From positions 372,001 through 436,000 of the forward strand of contig JALDZS010000001.1 in assembly GCA_022813965.1 (NCBI GenBank): a stretch of 64,000 bases of DNA, in the 5' to 3' direction. The DNA comes from Toensbergia leucococca (lineage: Eukaryota). Below, piece by piece: positions 1 to 12,659 of the stretch. The translations under genes and the position numbers were made by a program. Below the pieces are notes generated by a model, which was not told where the DNA came from, did not search any database, and saw only the letters and a list, made by a program, of their open reading frames with translations. How positions within the stretch are numbered: position 1 is the first letter of the stretch; the number at the start of each line of letters is the position of its first letter.

Positions 1-3000
1 ACCCTTTCACCTTCTTCATCGATTTCAATAAACGTGGGGGTACCTTTGGGAAGTCGTACTTGATCAGACGCTGGTGCTCTGACGTATCGTCCATCGCGAA
101 CGAAGACAGCTCGTGTCTGTTCATATTCTGCAAGTATGCGCCGTTCAACACCTATGACCGGCCTTCCCGCATCTGCCCGCTTTCCAGAAATCAGGTCGCG
201 CCATGTGCGATTCATATGCCGACCTTCTTCATCTTCTTTTCTTTCCCCAAATAGAAAATGGGTAAGCCGCAACACCCTGGCACACTTATGAAACCACCAG
301 CCGTACATTTTGTTCAGCCCCTCAGATGGTTTGAAAAATTTGACTGCCAAAGGCATTAGGAAATTATAAAAAAGTAAATCCACCGGAAATTCTAGGACAG
401 GCTCGTTGGAGGACCAATGGATTGGCAGGACGTCAACAAATGCATAGGAGATGCCCCACACCACGCCACCGAGACATAGAATGACTAGTGCACCATAGAC
501 CAATGCACTGAATGCGATTTTTCGGAGCTGTGTAGAGACACTGCGTTCCAGGACATCACGGACTGGATGGAAAGTTGGATCATCGGGATCGCGGATGAAA
601 TCTGGGAGGGGATAGATTAGCAACGCCGTTGATATTTGTTCGGAGAGGTCACATACACAAAACACCAGTCCGCATGATCTTACGACACATAGAGACAAAC
701 AAAGCAAAATGGAACATATAGCAGGTGCCGATGAACCAGTGAACGAAGAGGGAGGTATTTGGAGAAGTCAAGGTAAAGTTTATCCTTGACACGAGTGTGA
801 CATTTCCAAACAGAGGAAGCAACGCAACATCTAGAAGTAGTCCACAGTAAAGAGGGAAGACTATCATCTCGATACTAATGATGACGATAACTTTCATGAC
901 CCCCCCAGCTTGATAGAGAAGGTCGGCAAATGCACCTTGAGCTTTTTGTCCATTCTTTTTGCCTTGTAATAGAACACTCGCTTTTAGATATGTGGCGCCA
1001 ATGACAGAGAAAAGCGTATAACCTAAGATGATTGCCGTCGTTCGGTCTCTTGAATCCCAATATACCAATTCATAATCTAGCGGCGTCGTTCGCTGTGGGA
1101 TGTTAAGGCCCACACTCAGTGGGTTTATCTTGAGTAAAGATGGCGCAGAGTCCAAGGCGCCATGAGCCGCGACAATCGCTGAGCTTATGAAGGCACTTAT
1201 AACTGTTGTAACACTCAGGATAAGTAATTTACAGCACGACCAAATACTGGCGGCCCGAGGAGGTGAAGTATCAACAAGAGCGACGAGAGTAGCAACCGTA
1301 GCCTTTGCAAGATCCATCAGTCGCCCTTCGATAGTATGTAGTGATTGGTGCGCAACAATTGAGAATATAGGGATTTCGGAGTCGTAGAGACTGTCACCCG
1401 TAGCCATGAACGTCTTTGCAAGTCGCTCTAATGCACCCTCGGCATAGCTTTTGGCCGTCGTAGCTAGTACCCTGTTTTCCCTGACCTTGGCGACGAAGGG
1501 AATTCCCCAGCCCACTGGGGCAGAGATCAAGCGTATCACTGTGTCAACCCAATAGAATGCACATCCCGCAACAAATACGCAGCTATCTATAATGACATCC
1601 GCCGCAGTGGAAGCCCACCTGAGAGGCAACTTAATAAGCAGGGACACCGGATTAGTCAAGAAAACAAGGAAGACCTTGCCCGCAATGTAAGGTATCCAGA
1701 TACCAATGAACACGGTCACCGCAACAATGACGGCGCAGAACATAGCATTTTGTACCAATCCAGCCAGAGGCCCTTGCATGCCAACGAGCTCCATGATCCC
1801 TTCTAGGTCATCCCCATCATCAACCGCTTCAGCGTCATTAGCGTCGACTCCTACTCCTGCTTCTGCAGCGGCGGCAACCACTTCGGGATCTTGAGCTTGA
1901 TGGTCTACCGCAGCATCTTCTTCAATGACAGCCTGTCCATTTGCGACTGGAACGAATGGTGCTTCATCGGCGAAGTCGTGGACGATATGCTCGTCGTCTT
2001 CTCCAGGGTGTTCGGGGTGATTCGCGATCGAAACCACACCACCCCAGAGCCACTCCATGACCATCTCACGGAAGGGTCGAGGAGCTGGGGCTGCGTCTGG
2101 TACGCTTTGCTGGTCATTTCCTTGCAACTGCGCGCTAGATTCTGCAAGAAACTCCGAAAGACTTAGCTCTTGGTCTAGATTACTCGTTCCGATACCAGCA
2201 GCTCTGGTCGAGACTGGGTGCTGGTCTACAGGAGGTTTGTTATCTCCAATGTCATCTAAACGAGAAGAACTATCTCCGGCTCGGCTCAACGGAGTGGTCT
2301 CAGGTTCCGAAGAAAAGCCGAGACCTTCGACCTCTTTACCAGATTCCTCGGAATCGGACTTTGACACGCCTTCTCCAGCGTCGAGGGCATGATCAAGGAG
2401 GGAATCGACGTTACCAAGGCGAGACGTATTCTGCAAGCTCGCGGGAATTCCAATTATTTTTGGCGCTGTTTCCCGATCTGTTAATCCACTCTCTTTTATA
2501 CGGTGTTGTCTCGGCCCTGGATATCTGGCGATCGATCCAGACTCTGATACTTCTTCTGTATAAGGCGCGTCTCCTAATTCCATAGTGCACTGGGTGACTA
2601 CATTTGGATCAACAATTTGCGCGGTTTCGACACCTTGCGTAGTATCCTCGTCGACAAGTTGCCAGCTGCTATTGCTAGAATTACTCTGTTGCTCCCCAGT
2701 GGCTTCAACTTTCTCATTAGAATCATCACTTTGATTTGGATTTTTATCAAGCCTTGAAGCATCTTCTAAACTTCTCATGGCTTTCACAAGCCAAGCTAGT
2801 TCTTCATTACGTCCCTCTGCGTCGATTAATTTGATGACTTCATTAGGCTTCCTATCAGCACGGTGCCAGAGGTCCAGGAAGGTTTCGAGCACTAGCGAAT
2901 CCTGGTTTTTTACTTCTTCTTCAAGAGTACGTTGAAAATCTGTCACCACTGTGAACACATCTTTGGCTGGTAGAACGGGTCTCTGGTTTGAATGTGATGA

Positions 3001-4380
3001 GCCAGCCTCAGAGCCGCCGAAAGGAGGCTCAGAGCTGGTTCTTAGGGATGGCCCTAAAGTATGGTTTGCTAAAGAGTCTTCCGTATGGTCGGATTCGAGA
3101 CTACTGTCAATGCCCTGCGGCTCTTCATCCTCTTGCTGTTCTTCAGTCCTTGGTCGAATAGGTTGTCCGGGTTGTGGTCGGCCCGTGATCCTCAATTGTG
3201 TAGCTGCTTGAGGCTGCTGAAGCGGCTGGACTAATTCCTCAGGTTGACCCTCTCCATTCCTAGCTTCTGCAAGAGCTTCGTCGAGAGGGGCATGTCGTAA
3301 TCGCTGTTCGGCATGCTGTCGGGCTAATTGCTCCAAAGCGGGAAGTGGGTTGGCTTGCACCTCTGCTTCGTCTGCATCAAGATCTCCCATATTTATTCCT
3401 GGCTGTTGTTGCACGACCCATTCCCGGATCAGGAAAATCAATATGAAGGCAATGACTACCAGCAGTGTGATGAGCTGCCCCTCCAATGTATCGATAACCA
3501 TGTTGTTCAGCATTGGTGACCGGGTTAGAGATCTCAGAATGCTGAAATCAGAGAGCCATGAATTTTGCCGATGCCCCTCTCCAAAGTGGCTCGTAGCATT
3601 CAACGGCGTAACGGGTAGGCTGTAGTTCGAGCCTCGGCCTACCATGCCTTGTAGAAACCGCTTTGTCAAGCTGAATATTGTGGGCTCGCCATTCGTAAAA
3701 TTCAAGGTCTGGGAGACTGGGGATAACATTCGCGGCAAAGCCTTTGCCATGTGAGAAACTACTGCGGATGCAGCAGCATCTTTCGATAGCAGTAAGGCAT
3801 GTCTTGATGGAGTGGTTCCTTCTGTTGCGAGCTTGTCGAGCTGTGTTCGAGCTACCGTCACGGAATGCTTTTCCATTTCATGCCAGTTATATATCCATCC
3901 ACCATCTCCAACCCAGAAAAGGCCCCGCCAAATTGCGCGCATACACCAAGGTAGCCAAGCGATCCAGACAAATAACACAAGGTGAAATCGAGACCAGGTG
4001 AGTAAGGTTTTCCAAGTATGCACCGCAGCCTGGCGGAGGAAGATAGGAAATGGCACCGAGGTGGGCATATGCGAAGCATACAGCTTCGTGAAGCGAAAGG
4101 GCGTTTTGCATAGCTCGCAGTGTTTCTTCTGTGAATGTGCTAGCCATTCCATCAAGCAGTTCTGGTGCACATACTTGATGCTGCCACTACACTTGCAGGG
4201 ATGGAATAGAGGCTCATCCTTGGAACCTTCTCCTCGACATATCCTGCAAGTATCCGAGTCATCTAAGCTTCTCTGCTTCCCTTTGGAATTTGTATCGAAT
4301 GCTGGGTCATTCATGACATCTGCCTTGGTTCCAGGACTAGCTGAGAGGTCCATGATTGCAGCATTGTCAAGGCCGCTCAT
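1..4380 (-). CDS. DOA10: ERAD RING-CH E3 ubiquitin ligase (Doa10/Ssm4/MARCH6 family), 3' end beyond window edge; exons 4380-657 and 601-<1
   Basis: N-terminal RING-CH motif CRICRGEG..PLFHPCKCSGSIKYVHQNCLMEWL..CELC; multiple TM segments; conserved IEMIVFPLYCG / HWFIGTCYMFHFA. Intron 656-602 (GTATGT..GCTAAT..CAG) restores [23 protein letters not shown]. Confidence 0.95.
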
Positions 4381-5322
4381 GATGAGGGTCGTTATGAGAA
4401 TCGAATCAGCTGGCCAAGTTCAAAGGGGAAGACAACGTTACTGAAGACGAGAAGTGAGTACAGGATGATCATCCTTTTATTGTTCCATCGATACGGAGTA
4501 GAAATGGGTTGATTCCGGCAGGAAGCCCAACCAGAGAGGAACAAAGCGCTTCTTGATCACCTTGTGATGACTGCGCAACCGTCAACAGAAAATATGCAGT
4601 CTCAAAAGGTGCTCAAGTGTCTTCTAACACGTATGTCCCATAAGGTAGGTATGGACGATGTAGATGATAACACTAGCTCGAAAATTTATAGCGTATTACT
4701 CGTACGGAGTAGATTCACGTGCTAGGAATTTGAAGCAAGAATATGACGTATGGTTTCTCTCTATGCCGGTCACGAGTACGGAGTAGAGGGTTGCAACAAG
4801 TGAAATGTCCATGTACGGATACCTTGTTGATTACATGGCATGATATCAAATATCCAGAGCAACAACTACGATAGCCCTTGAAAAGTCCATATATGTACCT
4901 CATGGTTAGAATACGAGTATTGATTCTTGGTGAGCATACGACATGAACTTGAAGTACCTACGGAGTAGGTAACGAGGTAACCTGCCGGATAGCGTATCTT
5001 GGTAATTTATGTATTAAAGCTCGCCTCACAAGCAAGATTTACTCTAGGGTGGTGGACTGGTAGGAGGTAGGCACGGCAGGATTTTATCATTCTTATCTAC
5101 TTGTCACTCGATTCCATTAGACACTTCTTTCTGTCTTCTATACACCACCTAATTCTTTGTCTTTGAAGGCTAGGGGTATTCATCTTTCTTTACGTGGGTC
5201 TCCGTAGACCTTCACGCGTTGGACTCAGCGCGGGAAGAAGCTCAAATCTTTTTGCCGGGAACTTGATCACGAAAAGCTCAACTTTTTGATACAAACCTAC
5301 TTCTTCCCGCTGTCAGTCTACA

Positions 5323-8300
5323 ATGGCTGTGAATAACAATGGATGGCCAGTCGAGTCGTCGAAAGGTAGAGCAAACGGCCACATTAGTTCACGGTCTCCA
5401 CGACATAAGAGGCAAAACTCAAGATCAGCAACTCGACTTCTAAGCATTACAGCCAGGTATGACAAGGCAAGATACGCTGCACACAGGTGTTGTTCCTCTA
5501 AAATTATGCTAATCTGTTCTTCAAACAGACTTCTTGTCTGGTACTCGGTCATAACTGCTCTTTTTCGGTGCCCTTCATCGTTGGCGGATCTAAGAGATGA
5601 CTCCCCAAAAGTCTGCAAGCCATACTTGACAGCACAGTCGTATGCTACGCCATATCTCGAACCGTACTATAATACCTATGCCGCACCTTATGTCGCTGCA
5701 GCACGCCCATATTTCGACAATTTTGAAAACCAGGTCTACACTCCCGCTCTGAGCTTTGGTAAACACAGCTACAAGAAATATGGAGCTCATAGGGTCCGTC
5801 TCGCACGTGAATATAGCCAGGACGGTTGGGAAAAGACCCTAAAACCACAGTTCGATGCTACCCGAATGGAGGCTAAAAGAATATATGACTCGTCCCTAGC
5901 ACCACATATCAGCAAAGCGTCGGCGGTTGCAAAGCCATATTATACCGCAAGTCGAGACACATTATCGCACACATACAACAACAACCTATACCCAACGTAC
6001 TTTACTTCTCGTCTATACATCGAGAAGGCCTATACTGTTGGACATAAGATTGCTGTCGATACCGGCCTTCCATATGCGCAAGATACTTGGGATTCTGCTG
6101 TTGTTCTGGTTGAAAGATCACTCTGGCCAAAGCTTAGGGTCCTATATGGCGAGAATGTGGAACCTCAGCTATTTAGGATTGGCGAGAGGCTTGGGAGATA
6201 TAGAGATGGGAAGAAGCTCAAAACAGCTGTAGAGGAGATCAATAGGTAGGACGATTTTTGCTCTTTGTGAAACTGTCTGGACTCTAATACTTCCCCTTTG
6301 AATTTCATGATCGGAGACGAACTCTTTGTAGAAGTGTAGCAGGAGATTACTTTCGCAATTCAAGGGGTTGTAGCCTTATCATCATGAACAGAGCTTCAAA
6401 AAGATTCACTAAAAGACAAGGGTGAACCTCGTGATGCTTGATACCATTGCAGTCTATTTGGACGAAAAGAAACACGTGGGTTCGAATTATAAGATTTTCT
6501 GCTTTCAAATCATATTCATGGCAGCACAGTGCTAACCCGTGCCATTCTAGCTCATCTGAAATGTCTTCATTATCCTCGAGTCTCTCATCTGCATCGTCAT
6601 CCATTGCGTCGTCACGTAGCGGTGGTACAACAACCACGAATTCTGCGACGCCATCTGTCTCATCTTCGATGACTCCGGAAGAAGAAGCCGAACAAGTCCG
6701 TGAGAAAATATCTAGCGATTTGAAGAATTGGCAAGAGAAATTTGCAAAGGCAGCTGATAGAGGTACTGAGGACCTTCAAGAGCGCATAAAAGAGATTACC
6801 GATCGCCAAATAGAGTCTCAGGTACTTGGTGTTGGTGAAGCTCTCGTCATACAGCTTGAAGAATCCTCGGCCTCCGAAATTGCAAAAGTGAAGAAGTCTA
6901 CCCACAAAATAATCAAATCATTACCAAAGGAACTTAGTGAGACGGATGTGGCGAAGGCGGATGATGACTTATTGAAGGTAATCCAAAGTGCCGGGTTAGC
7001 TGTTAAGAGCAAGGCACAGGCCCTGAGATCCTGGAGGCAGAGTCTTGATGAAGAAACCCAATCGCTAGTTGGGGCAGCCTCGGAGTCCACGCTTGAGGTC
7101 ATAGATAACATCCGCGATCTTGGCCTTCAAGAGATTGGTATGAGATGGGCGTGGATGGAGGGAGTGACTTACAAGGATTGGTCGAAGTATTCTGCACTTA
7201 AAAAAACCTTTGATGAATGGCGGAATAAGGTTGAAGCGGTTGCCAAAGATCATGTGGGACTCGCAAAGTCGAGAGAGGCTGGTGAAGACGTAGAGTCAAG
7301 AGGCATGTTGGTAGCAGAGGAGACTGCCAAAGAGTTGAGCAGATTGAAAGAAGTCTGTAAATGGAAAATTCAGGCAGTGGACACCTCTGATGATTTCAGT
7401 ACGAGATACATTCCGGCCGCTGCCGCAGGAGCTGGGCAGAGAGTGCTCAAGAAGGTCAACTCGGCTAGTGAGCAGATCATTGGCTCATCTAAAGGTAGCA
7501 TGGAGTCAATGGTGTCGCAAGCCTCACAGCAAGTGGCGGATGCAGCTTCAAGCGTTACCTCTCAAGTAGTTGGCACAGATCTCGGAGCAGCAGAGCAAGC
7601 AGCAAGCAAGGTATCAGTCGTAGCATATGGTAGTTCGGAGCCAATGCACGCAAGTATTTCGAACGCAGCCAGCGGCAAAATGGACTCTGCTTCGAGTAAG
7701 GCCTCAGAGGCTGTTGTCTTTGCTCAATCCAAAGCTTCAGAAGCTGGGTCGGATTTTGTCTCTTCAGCTAATGAAGCTTCCACGAAAGCGAGCGAAATTG
7801 TTGTCGGGACACAGCAGCCAACGGTCGACAGTATTGTTTCGGTAGCGAGTAAGAAGGGAGATCAAGCAATCCTTCGGGCAAGTGAGGCAATAATTGGAAC
7901 TCCGGCACCAGTCCATCAATCAGTCGCCTCAAAAGCATTGCAAAGCATCGAGTCGGCAGCTTCGGCAATCTCTGACGGAATCTCAAGATCCTCCACTACT
8001 CTTACTGAAAGCGATTCCAGCGGCAGTAGCTCGGTCAGCGCAAGTGCTTCGTCTATCGCTAGCAAGGCTTCTAAGAAGGTGTTTTCTGGGGCAATGGCGC
8101 AAAAGGTCGGAGATCGCAAGCCAATCTTAGATGATATTGTCAGTGACGAAGATTTGTCATATTCCGAGAAAATGCAAAGCATCGTCAGTCAAGCTGGCGA
8201 CAAGTATACTGACATCACAAAAGCTGTCAGCGAAGCGTTGCAGAAGCCGACCGTTTCGCAAGGCGTGGGAGAGAGTGCTACGTCCCTTGCGAGTGAGCAG

Positions 8301-10779
8301 TATTCAAGTGCACTTGCGGCAGCGTCTAATGCTCTTTACGGGACTCAGCAAGGTATAGGAGAATCTGTGACGAGTGTTGCTTCAGGCAGGTATGCTGAGG
8401 CCGTAGCAGCGTAAGTCTTGTATTCCGAGCCTAGCGAATCAGATGCTGACTTCTAGGAGTGCATCCTCGATCATATATGGTACCCCAATTGCGGCCACTC
8501 AGTCAATCGCGGCTCATGCAAGTTCGAAATACTCTGAAGCAGCCAGTAGAGCCCAAGTGCATTATTCAAACGCAAAGTCTATTGCCTCTCAGCAGATTTC
8601 TGGATCACCTAAACCAGTGCATGAGGAGATGTTCGCGTCCATTGAGAAGGCATACTCCGGATCATTGGAGGCGGCTAGCAAGCGACTACAATCTGCCGTA
8701 GGTGCTGCATCTACAGTGGTGTATGGTACTTCGCTCAGCCCACAAGAGTCTGTGATGTCTTCCGGCAACCAGATGTACTCTGACGCCATAGCAGCTGCAT
8801 CGTCTCAATATGATGCAGCCAAGACCGCTCTAGGGAGTGGCTCTACAGCAGGGTCGGAATCCGTGTTATCAGAAGCAGCTAAACGGTATTCGGACCTTTT
8901 AAGTGCCGCGTCGACAGCTGTATACGGTACGTCGCTCAGCCCACAAGAATCGGTGATGTCTTCGGGCAACAAGGTATACTCCGACGCTGTAGCAGCCGCG
9001 TCTTCTCAATACGATGCAGTCAAGAGTGCTTTGGGAAGTGGCTCTATATCAGGGTCGGAATCTCTTTTGTCAGAGGCAGGTAAACGGTACTCAGATGTTT
9101 TAAGTGCTGCAAGCTCCAAGCATGCTTCTGCCACGAGCGCTGCCAGTGCCGCTTATTACGGTCCGTCTCAAGGGATACTAGAGTCCATCTCCTCAGTTGC
9201 TTCGTCAAGACTCGCGGACAGCCTTAAAATCGCGTCTGATCAGTACTCTAGTGTGAAGACCGTTGTTGGGGCTACACCAACACCAGTCCACCAACAACAC
9301 ATTATGGATGGTCAACGGCGATACTACGAGGCTATCGGTTTGGCGCACGAGCGATATTCCGAATTTGTGGCCGCCGCGTCTGGTGCCGTATACGGAACGC
9401 CAACACCTGCTCATCAAAGCCTGTACAATGCTGCATCCGAAGTCGCTTTCGGGACGCCAACACCAGCATATCAAAGTGTTCTCAACGTAGCCCAAAGTCA
9501 TTACAGTAGTGCAGTAGCCAAAGCGTCAGACAATCTTCAATCGATTATGGTACCTGCCACTTCTATTGTCGGTAAGAGCAGCACTTCTCCAGCCCAGTCC
9601 ATCCTCGACTCTGCCTCGTCCCAATACAGCTTGGCACTATCGAAAGCTTCAGCCTCATTATCCTCGGCATCAGCAGCTGCAAGTACTGCCATTTACGGGA
9701 CGCCAACTGGGAGTATAGAGTCCATGACATCAGCCATTTCCGACAAAGCAGGATCGATGATATCGATTGGTAGTGCTGAAGCGGCGGGAGCCGAAACTCC
9801 ATGGACCGAGTCAGTAGCCAGCCAAGCTTCACAGAATTGGGAGGCACTCGTATCCAAAGCCAGCGAGCAAGTTTACGGCGCTCCCACCCCTTTCTCAGAA
9901 TCGGTCATGGCACAAGCAAGTGGTTACGCTGCTCAAGCTACTGGGGCTGCTTTGGCTCAGTATGAAGCCGTTCAAGCACTATTTTCTGAGTTAGTCAGTG
10001 GGAAAGAACCAGACTTTACCGAGAGCGTTATGATGCGGCTCAATTCAGCCTACAATACTGGAATTCACGTGATTGTAGCATCATCGGCGTCTAGTTATAT
10101 CAGCGATACCTACGTGTCTGCATCCTCTGTCGTCTCGACCCTCTTTACCCCTCCAGCAACTCTCGAGGCGATTCTCGACAGTGCGAGCGACCAAGTCAAT
10201 GCCGCTGTCGAAGCCGCCAGCATCCAGTTTTACGGCGTTTCTAAGGGGACCTACGAGCAAGTCTCCTCGGCAGCCGCGAGTTCCTACGACTCAGTCCAAT
10301 CCAAACTCAGCGAAGCCGTCTATGGTACCCAGACCGGCTACGCAGAAGCTGCCCAGAATTCCATTCAATCTGCGGCTTCCTCAGCCCAAAGCGCCATCTC
10401 GGAAGCTATCTATGGCTCCTCAATCCCGCCAACCAAGTCTATCAGTAATGTCGCCGCGAACGCGTACGCGTCTGTTTCGTCAGCCGTGTCTGAGAACGTG
10501 GTGGCCGCCAGCGCGATCGTTGGTGACACAGTGGCAAACGCGCATTCTAAGGTCAACGAAGCTATTTACGGACCTGAGCAGGGAGCTGTAGAAAGCGCGC
10601 AGAATCGACTTAGTGCTGCAGTTGAGAGTGCGAGAGCAAGATTGGCAGAATTTGCGGAGGGTGCGAGTGGTGGGGCTAGCCAAGCTGTAGAGGCAGCGAG
10701 GAGCGGGGTCGAGGACATGGCGAGCAGTCTTAGCAGTGTGGTTGCTGAAGTCACTGGAAAGGTCAGAGATGAGTTGTGA
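5323..10779 (+). CDS. Large Ser/Ala-rich membrane-anchored protein, SHE10-like (family often mis-annotated 'transcription factor HOXA13'); exons 5323-5456, 5529-6245, 6551-8410, 8457-10779
   Basis: Three long ORFs join in frame through GT-AG introns. Conserved motifs WYSVITALFRCP..SPKVCKPY and IRDLGLQEIGMRWAWMEGVTYKDWSKY; repeated YG(T/A)PTP motifs; C-terminal RDEL ER-retrieval-like signal. Confidence 0.8.
8705..9110 (+). repeat. Intragenic tandem duplication, 201 bp (67 aa) x2
   Basis: ASTVVYGTSLSPQESVMSSGNQMYSDAIAAASSQYDAAKTALGSG.. repeated as ASTAVYGTSLSPQESVMSSGNKVYSDAVAAASSQYDAVKSALGSG..; tcgctcagcccacaaga recurs 201 bp apart. Confidence 0.9.
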
Positions 10780-11359
10780 AAGGCCGAAGGGATAACAATG
10801 ATTCCCTCCAGGGAAGATAATATGCTGGGAAGGTGGTCAAAATGGTGGCATGATGTACTTCCTCTTGTCTTTTTCGCTGGCTCTGTTGGGAAGGAGATGA
10901 TTGTCTCTTTTCGTCACAAGCATTGTATTTGTCAATTGCCATATCCTCCAGCGGACGGTAGGGATCGTGGGATAGCGAGCGTACATATGATTAATGCTTT
11001 TATTTTTTTTGTGTGAATCTTTGGCGATATCCCCCCTTTGTTACACAAGCATTCGTTAATCGGTTTCTGAAAAGCTGCCATTGTCCCTGATGACGACGTT
11101 CGATAATTTAATTCAGAGATGCTCTGGTTACACTTATTTCAGTGTTGCATGCTTTGCTGCTTGCTTGGTGGTGTTGTCGTAAAGAGTGTTTGTTGGTGGT
11201 GTAGGCGAAATATTTACTTTGATTCCCCGATCTTGCGCTGGGAAATTTCCTCACTATCCTTGCCTCGTATTGATGTACTCGTAGACTCAGCTCACCTCTA
11301 GAAACGACGAGTACTACCAGGTTTAATGCTGATTTGATCCCTAGAAACCCGGGCCTGTA

Positions 11360-12200
11360 CTCATGATAACCCACGGATGCGGCAACCTTACCTTTGCGGC
11401 ACGCTAACTCGATCAGGAACACTAGTCTTTTTTTTCCGCCTCATTTTCTTGTTTTCCATCAACATTTCATCCACATCATCAAAATTCAGTAGCCATGACA
11501 GCTCTGATGGCTCAGTACATCTGTATGTGAATCTATATGTCTTAACATCACATACTAATCCACATAGACTCCCCCAACAAATAATCAGCCCCCACAAGTC
11601 AACGACAACATCATCTTCAAAATTCAACTTAGCAACACCACTACCATTCCTGTTACTGACGTGGCGATGATCATTGATAATACGAGTACCTTTGTTGGCT
11701 GGGTAAATCGGGGGCCAGAAAAGGATATGCTGGAGCAACGGCTTCAAAATGGAAATGGGGGTGTTGTTATCCATGGAAGGATCATCAACAAGGAGGAGTT
11801 CTATTGGAATCGAGGAGGAGGATGTTGCTCCCGAGGAGAGGTTTCTATCTTCTTTATTTCAATAGAAATCCTCCTTGTTGATGATCATTCCATGGATAAC
11901 AACACCCCCATTTTGAAGTTGTTGCTTCAGCATATCCTTTTCTGGCCCACGGTTTACTCAGCCAACAAAGGTACTCATAGTATCAATAATTATCGTCATG
12001 CCAGTAATAGGAATGGTAGTTGTGTTGCTTAGTTGAAGTTTGAAGATGATGTTATCGTTGACTTGTGGGGGCTGATTATTGATGAGAAAGTTGGAAAGGA
12101 AGAAAATGAGGGGGTGGTAAGAGGAAAAAAAAGACTAGTGTTCCTGATCGAGTTAGCGTGCCGCAATGGTAAGGTTGCTGCATCCGTGGGTTATCACGAC
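11360..12200. mobile_element. Fold-back (near-palindromic) non-autonomous element, MITE-like, flanked by TA
   Basis: The left arm (ctcatgataacccacggatgcggcaaccttacc..) is the reverse complement of the right arm (..ggtaaggttgctgcatccgtgggttatcacgac). Pairing continues inward to a loop at ~11811-11857. TA at 11358-59 and 12201-02. No transposase ORF. Confidence 0.8.
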
Positions 12201-12659
12201 TACTTCAAGATATGGCTTGCATTAGCTGTGTACGAGTTTCTGCCATTCAGAGATCACATCGTCAACAAGTTCACCACACAGCCATGGTATCGGCTACATA
12301 CTCAGCCTGCTTATTCGGATTCCGCTGTCCTTATCCCCCGACTTTTCGACGAAGGCAACCAAGGGCATAGCAAGAACATCAGCCTCACTGTCAAGAAAAA
12401 AATCCCAATTTCTCAGATCCAAGCCGTCGAGACACTTTTGCCATGGGTCAAACCACTGCAGAGATCAAGGACCTCACCGCCTTTCGATAGGCAGTCCGAA
12501 GACGTCTGATTGAATTGCCTACTACCTAATGGACCCCCTGAACCACGTCACCCCATAAAAGACACACGTCTGCTACAAAAAAGGACTACATCTACCCTTT
12601 CTGCCTATTCGGATCCCCAAACAGCTCCCCCCATCCACAACCACCAACCCACCAAACCA

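Noticed and set aside
11388..12509. ORFs 11388-11774(-), 11661-12032(+) and 12033-12509(+) sharing peptides
   Set aside because: The shared peptides simply reflect the inverted repeat; no transposase or other recognisable motif.
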